A DNA stretch of 64,000 bases from Candidatus Dormiibacterota bacterium (GTDB taxonomy: Bacteria; Eisenbacteria; RBG-16-71-46; SZUA-252): the NCBI GenBank assembly GCA_035635575.1, contig DASQAV010000031.1, positions 1,527-65,526 on the forward strand, in the 5' to 3' direction. This document shows positions 55,959-63,842 of the stretch, in pieces. Numbering within the stretch: position 1 is the first letter of the stretch; each line of letters opens with the position of its first letter. Below the pieces are notes generated by a model, which had not been told where the DNA came from, did not search any database, and saw only the letters and a program-made list of their open reading frames with translations. The position numbers and the translations under genes are program-made.

Positions 55959-56004
55959 GTTGACCGTAAGTCTGTACCTGAGTTGAGCGTAAGCATCTAC
56001 CTGA
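55959..56004 (+). promoter_or_regulatory. two adjacent tandem 23-bp direct repeats ~100 bp upstream of the PAS histidine kinase gene (candidate transcription-factor binding site)
   Basis: GTTGACCGTAAGTCTGTACCTGA / GTTGAGCGTAAGCATCTACCTGA are immediately adjacent, with 18/23 identical. TTGACC also resembles a -35 element. Confidence 0.45.
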
Positions 56005-56105
56005 CAAGGAAATCGGGCATAGACATGCGATTCGATGTGCTAGCGTTGTAGGCGTCAATTCAGGCTCGAATCATCGGGCATTCGCTCAACAGGGTCCACC
56101 CAAGC

Positions 56106-58034
56106 ATGCGAGAGAAAGCCTCGGCGCAGCCTTCGCGCGGCAAGAATTCCAGAGAGAAAGAGGGCGAGACGCCCTCTTCGGCCGTTCCCGTGGTCGAAAC
56201 GGTCGAGGGTTTCCGGGATCTTGTCGTGGAAAGCCCCGACCCCATGGCGCTGGTCGACAAGGCCGGCCTGGTGCGCCACTCGAACGCCGCCGCGGCGAAC
56301 CTGCTCGGGGTTCCGGCCCAGGCGCTCGAGGGACGAAGCATTTTCGAGAACGTCCATCCTCAAGACAACGAGCGCGTTCAGGCATTCTTCAAGGACGTGC
56401 TGCGCCGGCCCGGGATCCCCGTGCTCGCCGACGTTCGCTTCCGACATCAGGGCGGGGGCTATCGATCGCTGGGAATGGTCGCCGTGAACCGCCTGGACGC
56501 TCCCGGCCTCGAATCCGTGATTTTGACGTATCACGACATCACCGACCGGGAGGAGGCGGCGGAGACTCGCGCGCGACTCGCAGCCATCGTCGAATCCTCC
56601 GACGACGCCATCATCGCCGAGTCGCTCGACGGGACCATCGTCAGCTGGAACCTGGCCGCCGAGCGCGTCTATGGCTGGTCCGCGGAAGAAGTGCTGGGGC
56701 GGCCGATCGCGATCACGGTCCCGCCGGACCGCATGGACGAGCTCCATGAGTACATGGAGGGGGTGCGGAAGGGCAACCGTGTGGATCATCTGGAGACGAT
56801 CCGTTTGCGGAAGGACGGGAGGCGCATCGCCGTCTCCATCACGCTCTCCCCGATTCGCGACGACGAAGGAAACATCATCGGGCTCTCGAAGAGCTCGCGG
56901 GACATCACGGATCTGCAGACGGCGGGCGAGATCCGGGCGCGCCTCGCGGCGATCGTCGAATCCTCCGACGACGCCATCATCGCCGAGGCGCTGGACGGAA
57001 CCATCACGAGCTGGAATCAGGCGGCCGAGCGGCTCTACGGCTGGACGAGCGAGGAAGCGATCGGCCGCCCGATCAGCATGACGGTGCCCTCGGACCGGAT
57101 GGAGGAGCTGACCGACTACATGGGGCGCGTGAGACGGGGCGACCGCGTCGACCACCTGGAGACCGTCCGGCTGCGGAAGGATGGCTCCCGCCTGGACGTC
57201 TCGATCACACTCTCCCCGATTTACGACGAGCATCAGCGGATCATCGGGCTCTCGAAGAGCTCGCGGGACATCACCGAGCGGCGCCGTTTCAAGGCGGAGC
57301 TCTGGAAGAAGAACATCGAGCTCGAGATCGCGAGCCGGGCCAAGGACGCCTTCCTGGCATCGATGAGCCACGAGCTGCGGACGCCGCTCAACTCCATCAT
57401 CGGATTCACCGGGACCATGCTGATGAAGCTGCCCGGGGACCTCACGGACGATCAGGAGCGGCAGCTCCAGCTCATCCAGGTCAGCGCGCGGCATCTCCTG
57501 TCCCTCATCAATGATCTCTTGAATCTCGCGAAGGTCCAGTCGGGAAAGACCGAGCTCCAGATGGAGCGCGTGGCATCCCGTCCGATCGTGCAGGAGCTCG
57601 CGGCCACGCTTCGGCCCAGCGCCGAGGCCAAGGGGCTTCGGTTCGAGATCGGCTTGCCGTCCCGGGAAGTGGAGATCCGGACGGACCGGAGGACACTCGT
57701 GCAGATCCTCCTCAACCTCGCGGGAAACGCGATCAAGTTCACCGACCGGGGCACCGTGCGCGTCGAGCTGGAGCAAGTGAAGCCGGAGCCGGGGAAGCGC
57801 CGCGAGATCGCGTTTCGCGTGATCGACACCGGCGTCGGGATCCGTCGCCAGGATCAGGGACGCCTGTTCCAGGCATTCGAGCAATTCCACCCGCTGAGGT
57901 CGCCATCCGATCCGGGATCGGGCCTCGGCCTTCACCTCAGCCAGAGGATGGCCAACCTGCTCGGAGGGCGGATCGACGTGACCAGCGAGCCCGGGAAGGG
58001 AACCGAATTCACCCTCAGGCTTCCCGAGGAGTAA
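56106..58034 (+). CDS. PAS-domain sensor histidine kinase (cytoplasmic; PAS, PAS, PAS, HisKA, HATPase_c)
   Basis: Repeated PAS cores (ARLAAIVESSDDAIIAESLDGTIVSWNLAAERVYGWSAEEVLGRPI, and again ...AEALDGTITSWNQAAERLYGW...). H-box FLASMSHELRTPLNSI. ATPase motifs LLNLAGNAIKF, VIDTGVGI, GSGLGLHLS. Confidence 0.9.
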   Translation: MREKASAQPSRGKNSREKEGETPSSAVPVVETVEGFRDLVVESPDPMALVDKAGLVRHSNAAAANLLGVPAQALEGRSIFENVHPQDNERVQAFFKDVLRRPGIPVLADVRFRHQGGGYRSLGMVAVNRLDAPGLESVILTYHDITDREEAAETRARLAAIVESSDDAIIAESLDGTIVSWNLAAERVYGWSAEEVLGRPIAITVPPDRMDELHEYMEGVRKGNRVDHLETIRLRKDGRRIAVSITLSPIRDDEGNIIGLSKSSRDITDLQTAGEIRARLAAIVESSDDAIIAEALDGTITSWNQAAERLYGWTSEEAIGRPISMTVPSDRMEELTDYMGRVRRGDRVDHLETVRLRKDGSRLDVSITLSPIYDEHQRIIGLSKSSRDITERRRFKAELWKKNIELEIASRAKDAFLASMSHELRTPLNSIIGFTGTMLMKLPGDLTDDQERQLQLIQVSARHLLSLINDLLNLAKVQSGKTELQMERVASRPIVQELAATLRPSAEAKGLRFEIGLPSREVEIRTDRRTLVQILLNLAGNAIKFTDRGTVRVELEQVKPEPGKRREIAFRVIDTGVGIRRQDQGRLFQAFEQFHPLRSPSDPGSGLGLHLSQRMANLLGGRIDVTSEPGKGTEFTLRLPEE

Positions 58035-58405
58035 TGTCCATTCGCGTACTCGTCGTCGAGGATGATCCCGATAGTCTGGAGCTGATGACCTATCTCTTCC
58101 GCGCGTTCGGGCACGAAGCCCTGGGCGCCGCGTCCGGCGATAGGGCCCTGGACGTCGCTTCCGCCACATCCATCGATCTCATCCTCTGCGATCTCAGGCT
58201 TCCCGGCATGGACGGCTTCGAGCTCCTGTCGAAGCTCAAGGCGGACCCGGAGCTCAAGGCCATTCCCGTCGTGGCGGTGACCGCGTACGCGATGCCGGGG
58301 GACAAGGAACGGGTCATGAGCGCCGGCTTCGACGGCTACGTCAGCAAGCCGATCGATCCTCAGAGCTTCGTGCGCGAAGCGGAGGCATTTTCGACCCGCC
58401 GATAA
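58034..58405 (+). CDS. single-domain response regulator (REC only)
   Basis: VLVVEDDPDSLELMTYL...DLILCDLRLPGMDGFEL...VVAVTAYAMPGDKERVMSAGFDGYVSKP. The start overlaps the kinase stop. Confidence 0.9.
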   Translation: MSIRVLVVEDDPDSLELMTYLFRAFGHEALGAASGDRALDVASATSIDLILCDLRLPGMDGFELLSKLKADPELKAIPVVAVTAYAMPGDKERVMSAGFDGYVSKPIDPQSFVREAEAFSTRR

Positions 58406-58418
58406 CAAAGGCACGCTC

Positions 58419-59279
58419 TCATTCGTCGAAGAGGACGGTGCTTTCCTCGTAGAACCGCACGTTCTTCTGAGCGACGCGCTCCTCGATCCAGGTCTTGAGC
58501 CAGCGGTTCTTCTCGTCGAGGGATCGCGCGGGGTCGGAGAGAATCTCCAGGGGCACGTTGACGCGCAGGGCCCGCCAGGGGATCACGTGCCGCGTGATCC
58601 CGGCGGGAAGCCGCGCCCCGCTCGTGGCGATGTCCAGAATCTCGTCGGGATGGAATCGCGGGAATACGAGAAGCGCGGTCACGTCCCGGAATCGCGCGCG
58701 CGCCTCGCTCAGGGAATCCCGCGCCACGCGGTAGAAGGGCACGCGATCGCGGTAGAGGTCGACGACGGCGTTCAGGTGCGCGTTCTGCTCCTGGAGCGAG
58801 CGATCGCCACAGAGCGTGATCGCGCCGTCCTCTCCGGTTACGACGTAGGCGATCGCCTCCCGGCGGGCGAGGAGGGCGCGGGCATGGCCCGGGGATTCCT
58901 CCCGAAGCGTGAGCCCCGGGATGCGCGCCAGCTCGCGCTTCAGCTCCTCGGGCGGGAATCCCAAGAGCGCGTGATGCCAGGTCATCAGCTGGATGGACGG
59001 GTCGTCGTACCGGACGACCTGGACCAGGAAATGGGGCAGGTCCGAGGCGCGCGCGGCGGAGACCCGATTGGCTCCGTCCAGCACGACGAGGCAGCCTCCC
59101 TTCCCGGTGTCCGGAACCTCCGTGACGACGGGAGGATTCTTGAGGACGCCGGAGCCCTTGAGCCGCTCGGAAAGCCGGCCCGCGCGGCTCTCGTCCTCGC
59201 GCTCGTGCGGCACGAGCATCGAGGAGGGAACGATGCGAAGGTCCGGCATTCTGAAATCGTGAGGCCCGGTGGGTGACAT
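58419..59279 (-). CDS. ParB/Sulfiredoxin-fold domain protein (ParB N-terminal-like; candidate free-amino-acid kinase-like enzyme, function unknown)
   Basis: N-terminal LRIVPSSMLVPHEREDESRAGRLSERLKGSGVLKNPPVVTEV...LVVLDGANRVSAARA resembles the ParB/Srx catalytic core (xHE...R...L..G...P.....DG.HR). There is no HTH or DNA-binding C-terminal region. It is 286 aa. Confidence 0.6.
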   Translation of the reverse strand: MSPTGPHDFRMPDLRIVPSSMLVPHEREDESRAGRLSERLKGSGVLKNPPVVTEVPDTGKGGCLVVLDGANRVSAARASDLPHFLVQVVRYDDPSIQLMTWHHALLGFPPEELKRELARIPGLTLREESPGHARALLARREAIAYVVTGEDGAITLCGDRSLQEQNAHLNAVVDLYRDRVPFYRVARDSLSEARARFRDVTALLVFPRFHPDEILDIATSGARLPAGITRHVIPWRALRVNVPLEILSDPARSLDEKNRWLKTWIEERVAQKNVRFYEESTVLFDE

Positions 59280-59326
59280 GGGCGGTGACTCTACTGGATT
59301 TCCGCTCGCGGGGACATCGGGCTGGG

Positions 59327-59962
59327 CTAGGCCGCGACTCTGCGGGCAAGCTCCGCGAGATCGCGCACGTAGAGATCCGCGGCTCCGAAGCGGGCGTGCG
59401 GCCTACGGACGTAGACGCACGTGAGGCCGAGGCGGCGCGCGGCGCCCAGGTCGTAGTCGGCGTACGCGGAGACGTGCCACCAGGCGGGACCGAACGAAAC
59501 GCCCCGGCGCCCGGCGACGCGCCGCCAGAATTCAGGGGCCGGCTTGTAGCAGCGGGTCTCCTCCGCGCAGATCCAGCCGTCGAGATCGAATCCCAGCGTC
59601 CGCTGGATCTGGCGTCCATGCCGCTGATCGCTGTTCGTGGTCGCCACGCAGGGCGCGTGCGCGCGGATCCGTCTGAGCGCTTCCCGGGAATCGGGGAAGA
59701 GGGGCCATCCGCCGGCTCGCTCGCCGATGGCGCGGGCGGTCTCGAGCGGCAATCCGAGCGCGCGCACGAGACTGATGGTCACGATCGAGGTGTAGGAGCG
59801 GAAGCGCCCGGCTTCGAGCTCCGCCTGGAGATCGATGACGCGATCGAACTCGGAATCGCTCAGCCCGGCTCCGTGCTCCCGCAGCGCTTCCCGCAAGCCC
59901 CGGCGCCAGTCGAGGATCGTGCCGAAGATATCGAACGTCAGGAGCTCGGGCCTTGTGATCAC
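59327..59962 (-). CDS. HAD-superfamily hydrolase (haloacid dehalogenase-like / phosphatase)
   Basis: Motif I LLTFDIFGTILDW. Later motifs ...SNS/T... and CYKPAPEFW (the conserved Lys). GTG start at 59962. The remainder of the ORF-track translation (59327..60298) is non-coding Arg-rich sequence. Confidence 0.7.
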   Translation of the reverse strand: MITRPELLTFDIFGTILDWRRGLREALREHGAGLSDSEFDRVIDLQAELEAGRFRSYTSIVTISLVRALGLPLETARAIGERAGGWPLFPDSREALRRIRAHAPCVATTNSDQRHGRQIQRTLGFDLDGWICAEETRCYKPAPEFWRRVAGRRGVSFGPAWWHVSAYADYDLGAARRLGLTCVYVRRPHARFGAADLYVRDLAELARRVAA

Positions 59963-60240
59963 GCCATGTGGGTCGCGTTCAGAAGCTGGGTTGCGACGAG
60001 CTCGTCCCGGATCACGCTGGTGATGTGGCGCGTCAGCTCGCGGTTCTTCGCGGTAATGTGGTTCGAGTCGAGCCAGATGATCTTCTTCGGACTCTGCGCT
60101 TTCCGGTACAGAGCCTCGGCGTTCTTTCTCGGAATCAGCTCGTCCAGAGCGAGCTGGCTCATGACCCAGCCGCGCGAGCGCCTCATGTTGTGCGTGATGA
60201 GACCGCGGAGGTCCCCGCCGCCGTAGATCATTCCCGCCAT
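59959..60240 (-). CDS. 93-aa ORF resembling only the C-terminal end of an alpha/beta hydrolase (possible truncated remnant or mini-protein)
   Basis: MAGMIYGGGDLRGL...PKKIIWLDSNHITAKNREL...VIRDELV. The ...vv.l..sgH... ending is typical of alpha/beta-hydrolase C-termini, including the catalytic His. Its stop TGA overlaps the HAD GTG start (GTGA). Only 86 nt separate it from the upstream gene, so there is no room for a full hydrolase. Confidence 0.35.
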   Translation of the reverse strand: MAGMIYGGGDLRGLITHNMRRSRGWVMSQLALDELIPRKNAEALYRKAQSPKKIIWLDSNHITAKNRELTRHITSVIRDELVATQLLNATHMA

Positions 60241-60326
60241 CGCGAGCCCCCACGATCCGCAGTGTGCTCCTGAAAGTATAGACCAAACATCCCCGCAAGT
60301 GCGCAAGGTGGTAGCGCGATGTGTGA

Positions 60327-62279
60327 TTACGGGGCGGTGGGCTGTTCGCTCGGGACCTGCAGCGAAGCGGCGTAGTCGGGCCAGCGGGTCAAGACCTCCT
60401 TCCACACCACGAGGGCGGAATCGGCCTGACCGCTCCGGTAGTAGGCCAATCCCAGATTGTGGCGCAGCACCGGCAGGTTCGGCTGGAGCCGGACCGCTTC
60501 CCGGAGCTCCTGGATCGCTTCCGGATACCGGTCGAGTTTCATGTACGTGAGGCCCAGGTTGTATCTTCCTTCCCAACGCCCCGGACCCCTTCGCACGCCC
60601 TCGCGCAGATAGGGAATCGCTTCCTCGTACCGGCTCAGCCGCATCAGGTGGAAGCCGACGTTGGTCCAGTTGCGGGGATTGGTCGGCTCTGCCTCCACCG
60701 AGGCGCGGGCGTAGGGCAACGCCTCGAAGTATTGCCCTCGGTCTCGGTAGAAAAGCTGCAGCACGCTGTTCCCGTACGCCCTTCCGTACCTCGAGACCCT
60801 CTCGCGATCGTTCACGACCGCGGCGAAGCGCCGGACCGCGGCGCCCTCGTCCGCGTTCACGAGCACGAAGGAGAGCAGCGAAGCGAGCGAGATTCCGAGG
60901 AGCGCCAAGGCGGCGCGCGTGCGCGAATGCCCCTCCCAGATCCGCCGCGCTGCCGCGACCGCGAAGACCGCGGTGGGCAGGAGCAGGATCGAGTTCAGGT
61001 CCCAGTCCTGGGCCGGCGCGACCGGCGTCATGAGCCATGCCGTGAGAAGAAGCCCAGGGATCGCCGCGATGGCGAGAAGCGCCAGGGGACGTGAGAATGG
61101 ACGCGGGCCGCCGAGCATCCCCGCCGCCCATCCGCAGAGGAGGATCACCGGCACCGGGATCGCGAGAAGGAGGATGTTCATGAGATCCGCCAGGTGGCCG
61201 TACGAGAAGAAGCCGTACGGACGATGGAACGTGACGCCTTCGAATCCTTCCCGCATCCCGCTCGTCGCGGCGTGAATGGGCGCCGCCCAGTCCGTGGGCC
61301 GGTACCCGAGCACGAGCAGGAGAGCCGCGAGGAAGGCGAAGGGAAGCGCGAGCGAGAGGAGCTTCCACACGAGGGGCCGTTTCTCCAGCGCGATCAGGAA
61401 GAGGTACGAAGGAATCAGGTACGCGGCGCTCAGATGCGCGGAAATCGCGAGTGCCAGGGCCATGGCGGAGACCCAGAGGGGATCGCGTCCTCGCACCCGA
61501 CGAAGCGCGAGCCAGAGGTAGAGAAGAAGGGAAACGGCCGCGAGGGGATAGCTCTCGATGTATCCGAAGTAGAGCTGGGACACGCCGAGCGTGAGGAGGA
61601 GCCCGACCGCGACGAGCCACCGTGTCTTCGAGGGGACGATCTCGAGCGCGATCCCCGTGACGAGGAGCGCCGCCATGCCGCCGCACAGCATCGAGAAGAG
61701 CGACATGGAGACCGCGTCCGGCGTGTGTCCCGTCTTCCGGACGAGGTGCGCGAAGGCGTGCCAGAGCGCCGCGAAGAGCGGCTCGCTGAAGGGAGGGTGC
61801 TGGCTAGAGCTCACGGTTGCTAGCCAGACGGCGCCGTCCCCGAGAAGCTGGGTCCGCGCGCGCAGAAACCAGAACGCCGCCCCCAGGGGAAGAAAAAGCG
61901 GGGCAAGCAGCCAGATGCGCGGACGCTCCGGACGGGACCGCGCCGGGCTTGGGGGCCTCGAGGGCGTTCCATCTTGGAGCGCCGCCGACCACAAGAGCAA
62001 AACCGAGGCGAGCAGGACCGCGAACATGAGGAGCCGCAAGCCGGGAGGAAGAAATCCCGCCGCGTGGAGGCCCCATCCCCTCGGGCCCGCGCTCAGAGAC
62101 GCGAGGAAGAAGAGGAGCGCGTAGAGCGAGGCCAGGACCGCGACGGTGAGGATCGGGATGCGCTCGGGAGGTGTCCCGGCTCTGGCTTTGGGAGGAGAAC
62201 TCTCGGTCAAGGTGCTCCCGGGTCGTGGATTCGCGTGGCCCTGATCCTCGGGCCGCAGTCTAACGCGCCCTCTCGCCAC
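60327..62279 (-). CDS. polytopic membrane protein with C-terminal TPR repeats (GT-C / DUF2723 / TMTC-like putative glycosyltransferase paralog)
   Basis: About 12 TM helices, followed by TPRs (YEEAIPYLREGVRRGPGRWEGRYNLGLTYMKLDRYPEAIQELREAVRLQPNLPVLRHNLGLAYYRSGQADSAL). GTG start at 62279. Confidence 0.75.
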   Translation of the reverse strand: MARGRVRLRPEDQGHANPRPGSTLTESSPPKARAGTPPERIPILTVAVLASLYALLFFLASLSAGPRGWGLHAAGFLPPGLRLLMFAVLLASVLLLWSAALQDGTPSRPPSPARSRPERPRIWLLAPLFLPLGAAFWFLRARTQLLGDGAVWLATVSSSQHPPFSEPLFAALWHAFAHLVRKTGHTPDAVSMSLFSMLCGGMAALLVTGIALEIVPSKTRWLVAVGLLLTLGVSQLYFGYIESYPLAAVSLLLYLWLALRRVRGRDPLWVSAMALALAISAHLSAAYLIPSYLFLIALEKRPLVWKLLSLALPFAFLAALLLVLGYRPTDWAAPIHAATSGMREGFEGVTFHRPYGFFSYGHLADLMNILLLAIPVPVILLCGWAAGMLGGPRPFSRPLALLAIAAIPGLLLTAWLMTPVAPAQDWDLNSILLLPTAVFAVAAARRIWEGHSRTRAALALLGISLASLLSFVLVNADEGAAVRRFAAVVNDRERVSRYGRAYGNSVLQLFYRDRGQYFEALPYARASVEAEPTNPRNWTNVGFHLMRLSRYEEAIPYLREGVRRGPGRWEGRYNLGLTYMKLDRYPEAIQELREAVRLQPNLPVLRHNLGLAYYRSGQADSALVVWKEVLTRWPDYAASLQVPSEQPTAP

Positions 62280-62322
62280 GGGTGTACAATGTTGTCCCGA
62301 GATTCAGGAAAGGCACGACCCG

Positions 62323-63315
62323 ATGCCGGCAAACCTGACGCCGCAATACAAGGAAGCAGAGCTTCGGTTCCGCCAGGCGGGCACGCACGCGGAGAAGCTC
62401 GAGGCGCTGCGCGAGATGATGGCGCTCCTGCCGAAGCACAAGGGCACGGAGAAGATCCAGGCGGATCTACGAAAGCGCCTCGCGAAGCTCGAAGAGGAGG
62501 AAGCGGCCCCGCGGCGCGGCGGCGCCCAGCGCTTCGATCCGGGACACGTGGCTCGCGAGGGCGCGGGGCAGTGGGTGCTCCTCGGCCCGCCCAACGCGGG
62601 AAAGTCGGCCCTGGTGCGCGCGCTCACGCACGCCCATCCCGAGGTCGCGCCGTATCCCTTCACGACCCGCGCGCCGCTTCCCGGCATGATGCCCTTCGAG
62701 GACGTCCAGGTTCAGCTCGTCGACACGCCGCCGGTCGCGCCGAGTCACACCGAGCCCTACCTCCCGAATCTCGCGCATTCGGCCGACGGGATCCTCCTGG
62801 TGCTCGACATCACGGCGGATGACCTGGAGGAATCCCTTCACGGGCTCACCGCGATTCTGGACAAGGCGCGCGTCTGGCCGCTGGATCGCCCCGTTCCGCA
62901 CGATGCGCCTCCCTATCTCCTCGTGAAGCCGGTGTTCGCCATCGGAAACAAGCGCGATCTGGATCCGGACGGTACCTTCGCTTCGCTCGCGCGCGAGGCG
63001 GTCGCGGCCGGGATCCCGTTTCACGCCGTGTCGGCGGAGCACGGGACCGGTCTCGAGGACCTTCGCGCGCTTCTCTTCCGCTCCCTCGAGCGGATCCGGA
63101 TCTACGCCAAGGAGCCCGGCAAGAAGCCCGACCTCGAGAAGCCGTTCGTGCTGAAGCGCGGCGCCACGGTGCACGCGCTGGCGCTCGCCGTGCACAAGGA
63201 GGTGGCCGAGGGGGTCAAGTACGCACGCATCTGGGGAGCGGCCCGCTTCGAGGGACAGCAGGTGGATCGCGATCACGTCCTCTCCGACCGGGACGTGGTG
63301 GAGCTGCACTCATGA
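62323..63315 (+). CDS. DRG/Obg-family GTPase with a C-terminal TGS domain
   Basis: N-terminal coiled helix (KEAELRFRQAGTHAEKLEALREMMALLPKHKGTEKIQADLRKRLAKLEEE). G1 GPPNAGKS, G3 VDTPPV, G4 GNKRD, G5 SAEHG. TGS-like C-terminus KPFVLKRGATVHALALAVHKEVAEGVKYARIWG...VVELH. Confidence 0.75.
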   Translation: MPANLTPQYKEAELRFRQAGTHAEKLEALREMMALLPKHKGTEKIQADLRKRLAKLEEEEAAPRRGGAQRFDPGHVAREGAGQWVLLGPPNAGKSALVRALTHAHPEVAPYPFTTRAPLPGMMPFEDVQVQLVDTPPVAPSHTEPYLPNLAHSADGILLVLDITADDLEESLHGLTAILDKARVWPLDRPVPHDAPPYLLVKPVFAIGNKRDLDPDGTFASLAREAVAAGIPFHAVSAEHGTGLEDLRALLFRSLERIRIYAKEPGKKPDLEKPFVLKRGATVHALALAVHKEVAEGVKYARIWGAARFEGQQVDRDHVLSDRDVVELHS

Positions 63316-63333
63316 GCGGGCGAAGGCTGTCCG

Positions 63334-63813
63334 TCAGATCTTTCCGCTGATCCCCAGAATCTCCAGCGTCGATTTCCGCTTCGAAATCCTGCGAAACGAT
63401 GGGTTCGCTATGACCTTCGAAACGTCGCGCAGGAGCCCCGCGTCCTTGGAGACCACGCTCACGCCGATGAGAATCCCGGTCCTGGGAGATCGCGCGCTTC
63501 CATCGGCGCGCCGCCAGTTCTCCCAATCCAGCTGATAGTCCTTGTTCCGGAACTCGAACGCCTTGGGAAGGTAGTGGGCCAACTCTTGCGGCACGACTCC
63601 CGTGGCGCACTCCGCGGGCCAGGTCGCCGTCTCGGCGTAGTAGATGTATCCGGCGGCGCGCACCGCGAAGAGGTCCGCCATCGCCTGCGTGGCCCGGGTA
63701 TGACGTACCAGATCAATGTAGCGGGGAATCAGAAGCGCCAGGAGAATCACGAGAATCGAGAGCGCCACGACCAGCTCCAGGGCTGTGAATCCGCGTGAGC
63801 CGCGTCGGCTCAT
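63334..63813 (-). CDS. prepilin-type N-terminal cleavage/methylation domain protein (type IV pilin / T2SS pseudopilin-like)
   Basis: MSRRGSRGFTALELVVALSILVILLALLIPRY is the class III signal peptide pattern (G|FTLxE + hydrophobic helix). The ATG at 63813 is preferred over 63855. Confidence 0.75.
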   Translation of the reverse strand: MSRRGSRGFTALELVVALSILVILLALLIPRYIDLVRHTRATQAMADLFAVRAAGYIYYAETATWPAECATGVVPQELAHYLPKAFEFRNKDYQLDWENWRRADGSARSPRTGILIGVSVVSKDAGLLRDVSKVIANPSFRRISKRKSTLEILGISGKI

Positions 63814-63842
63814 GGAGGAGTCCCTCCCTGGAAATCGGCCCC

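Noticed and set aside
59959-61686. 575-aa minus-strand ORF
   Set aside because: Only its last 93 codons (59959..60240) look protein-like. The rest runs in an alternative frame across the 60327..62279 TPR-membrane gene and translates to Arg/Gly/Pro-rich sequence.
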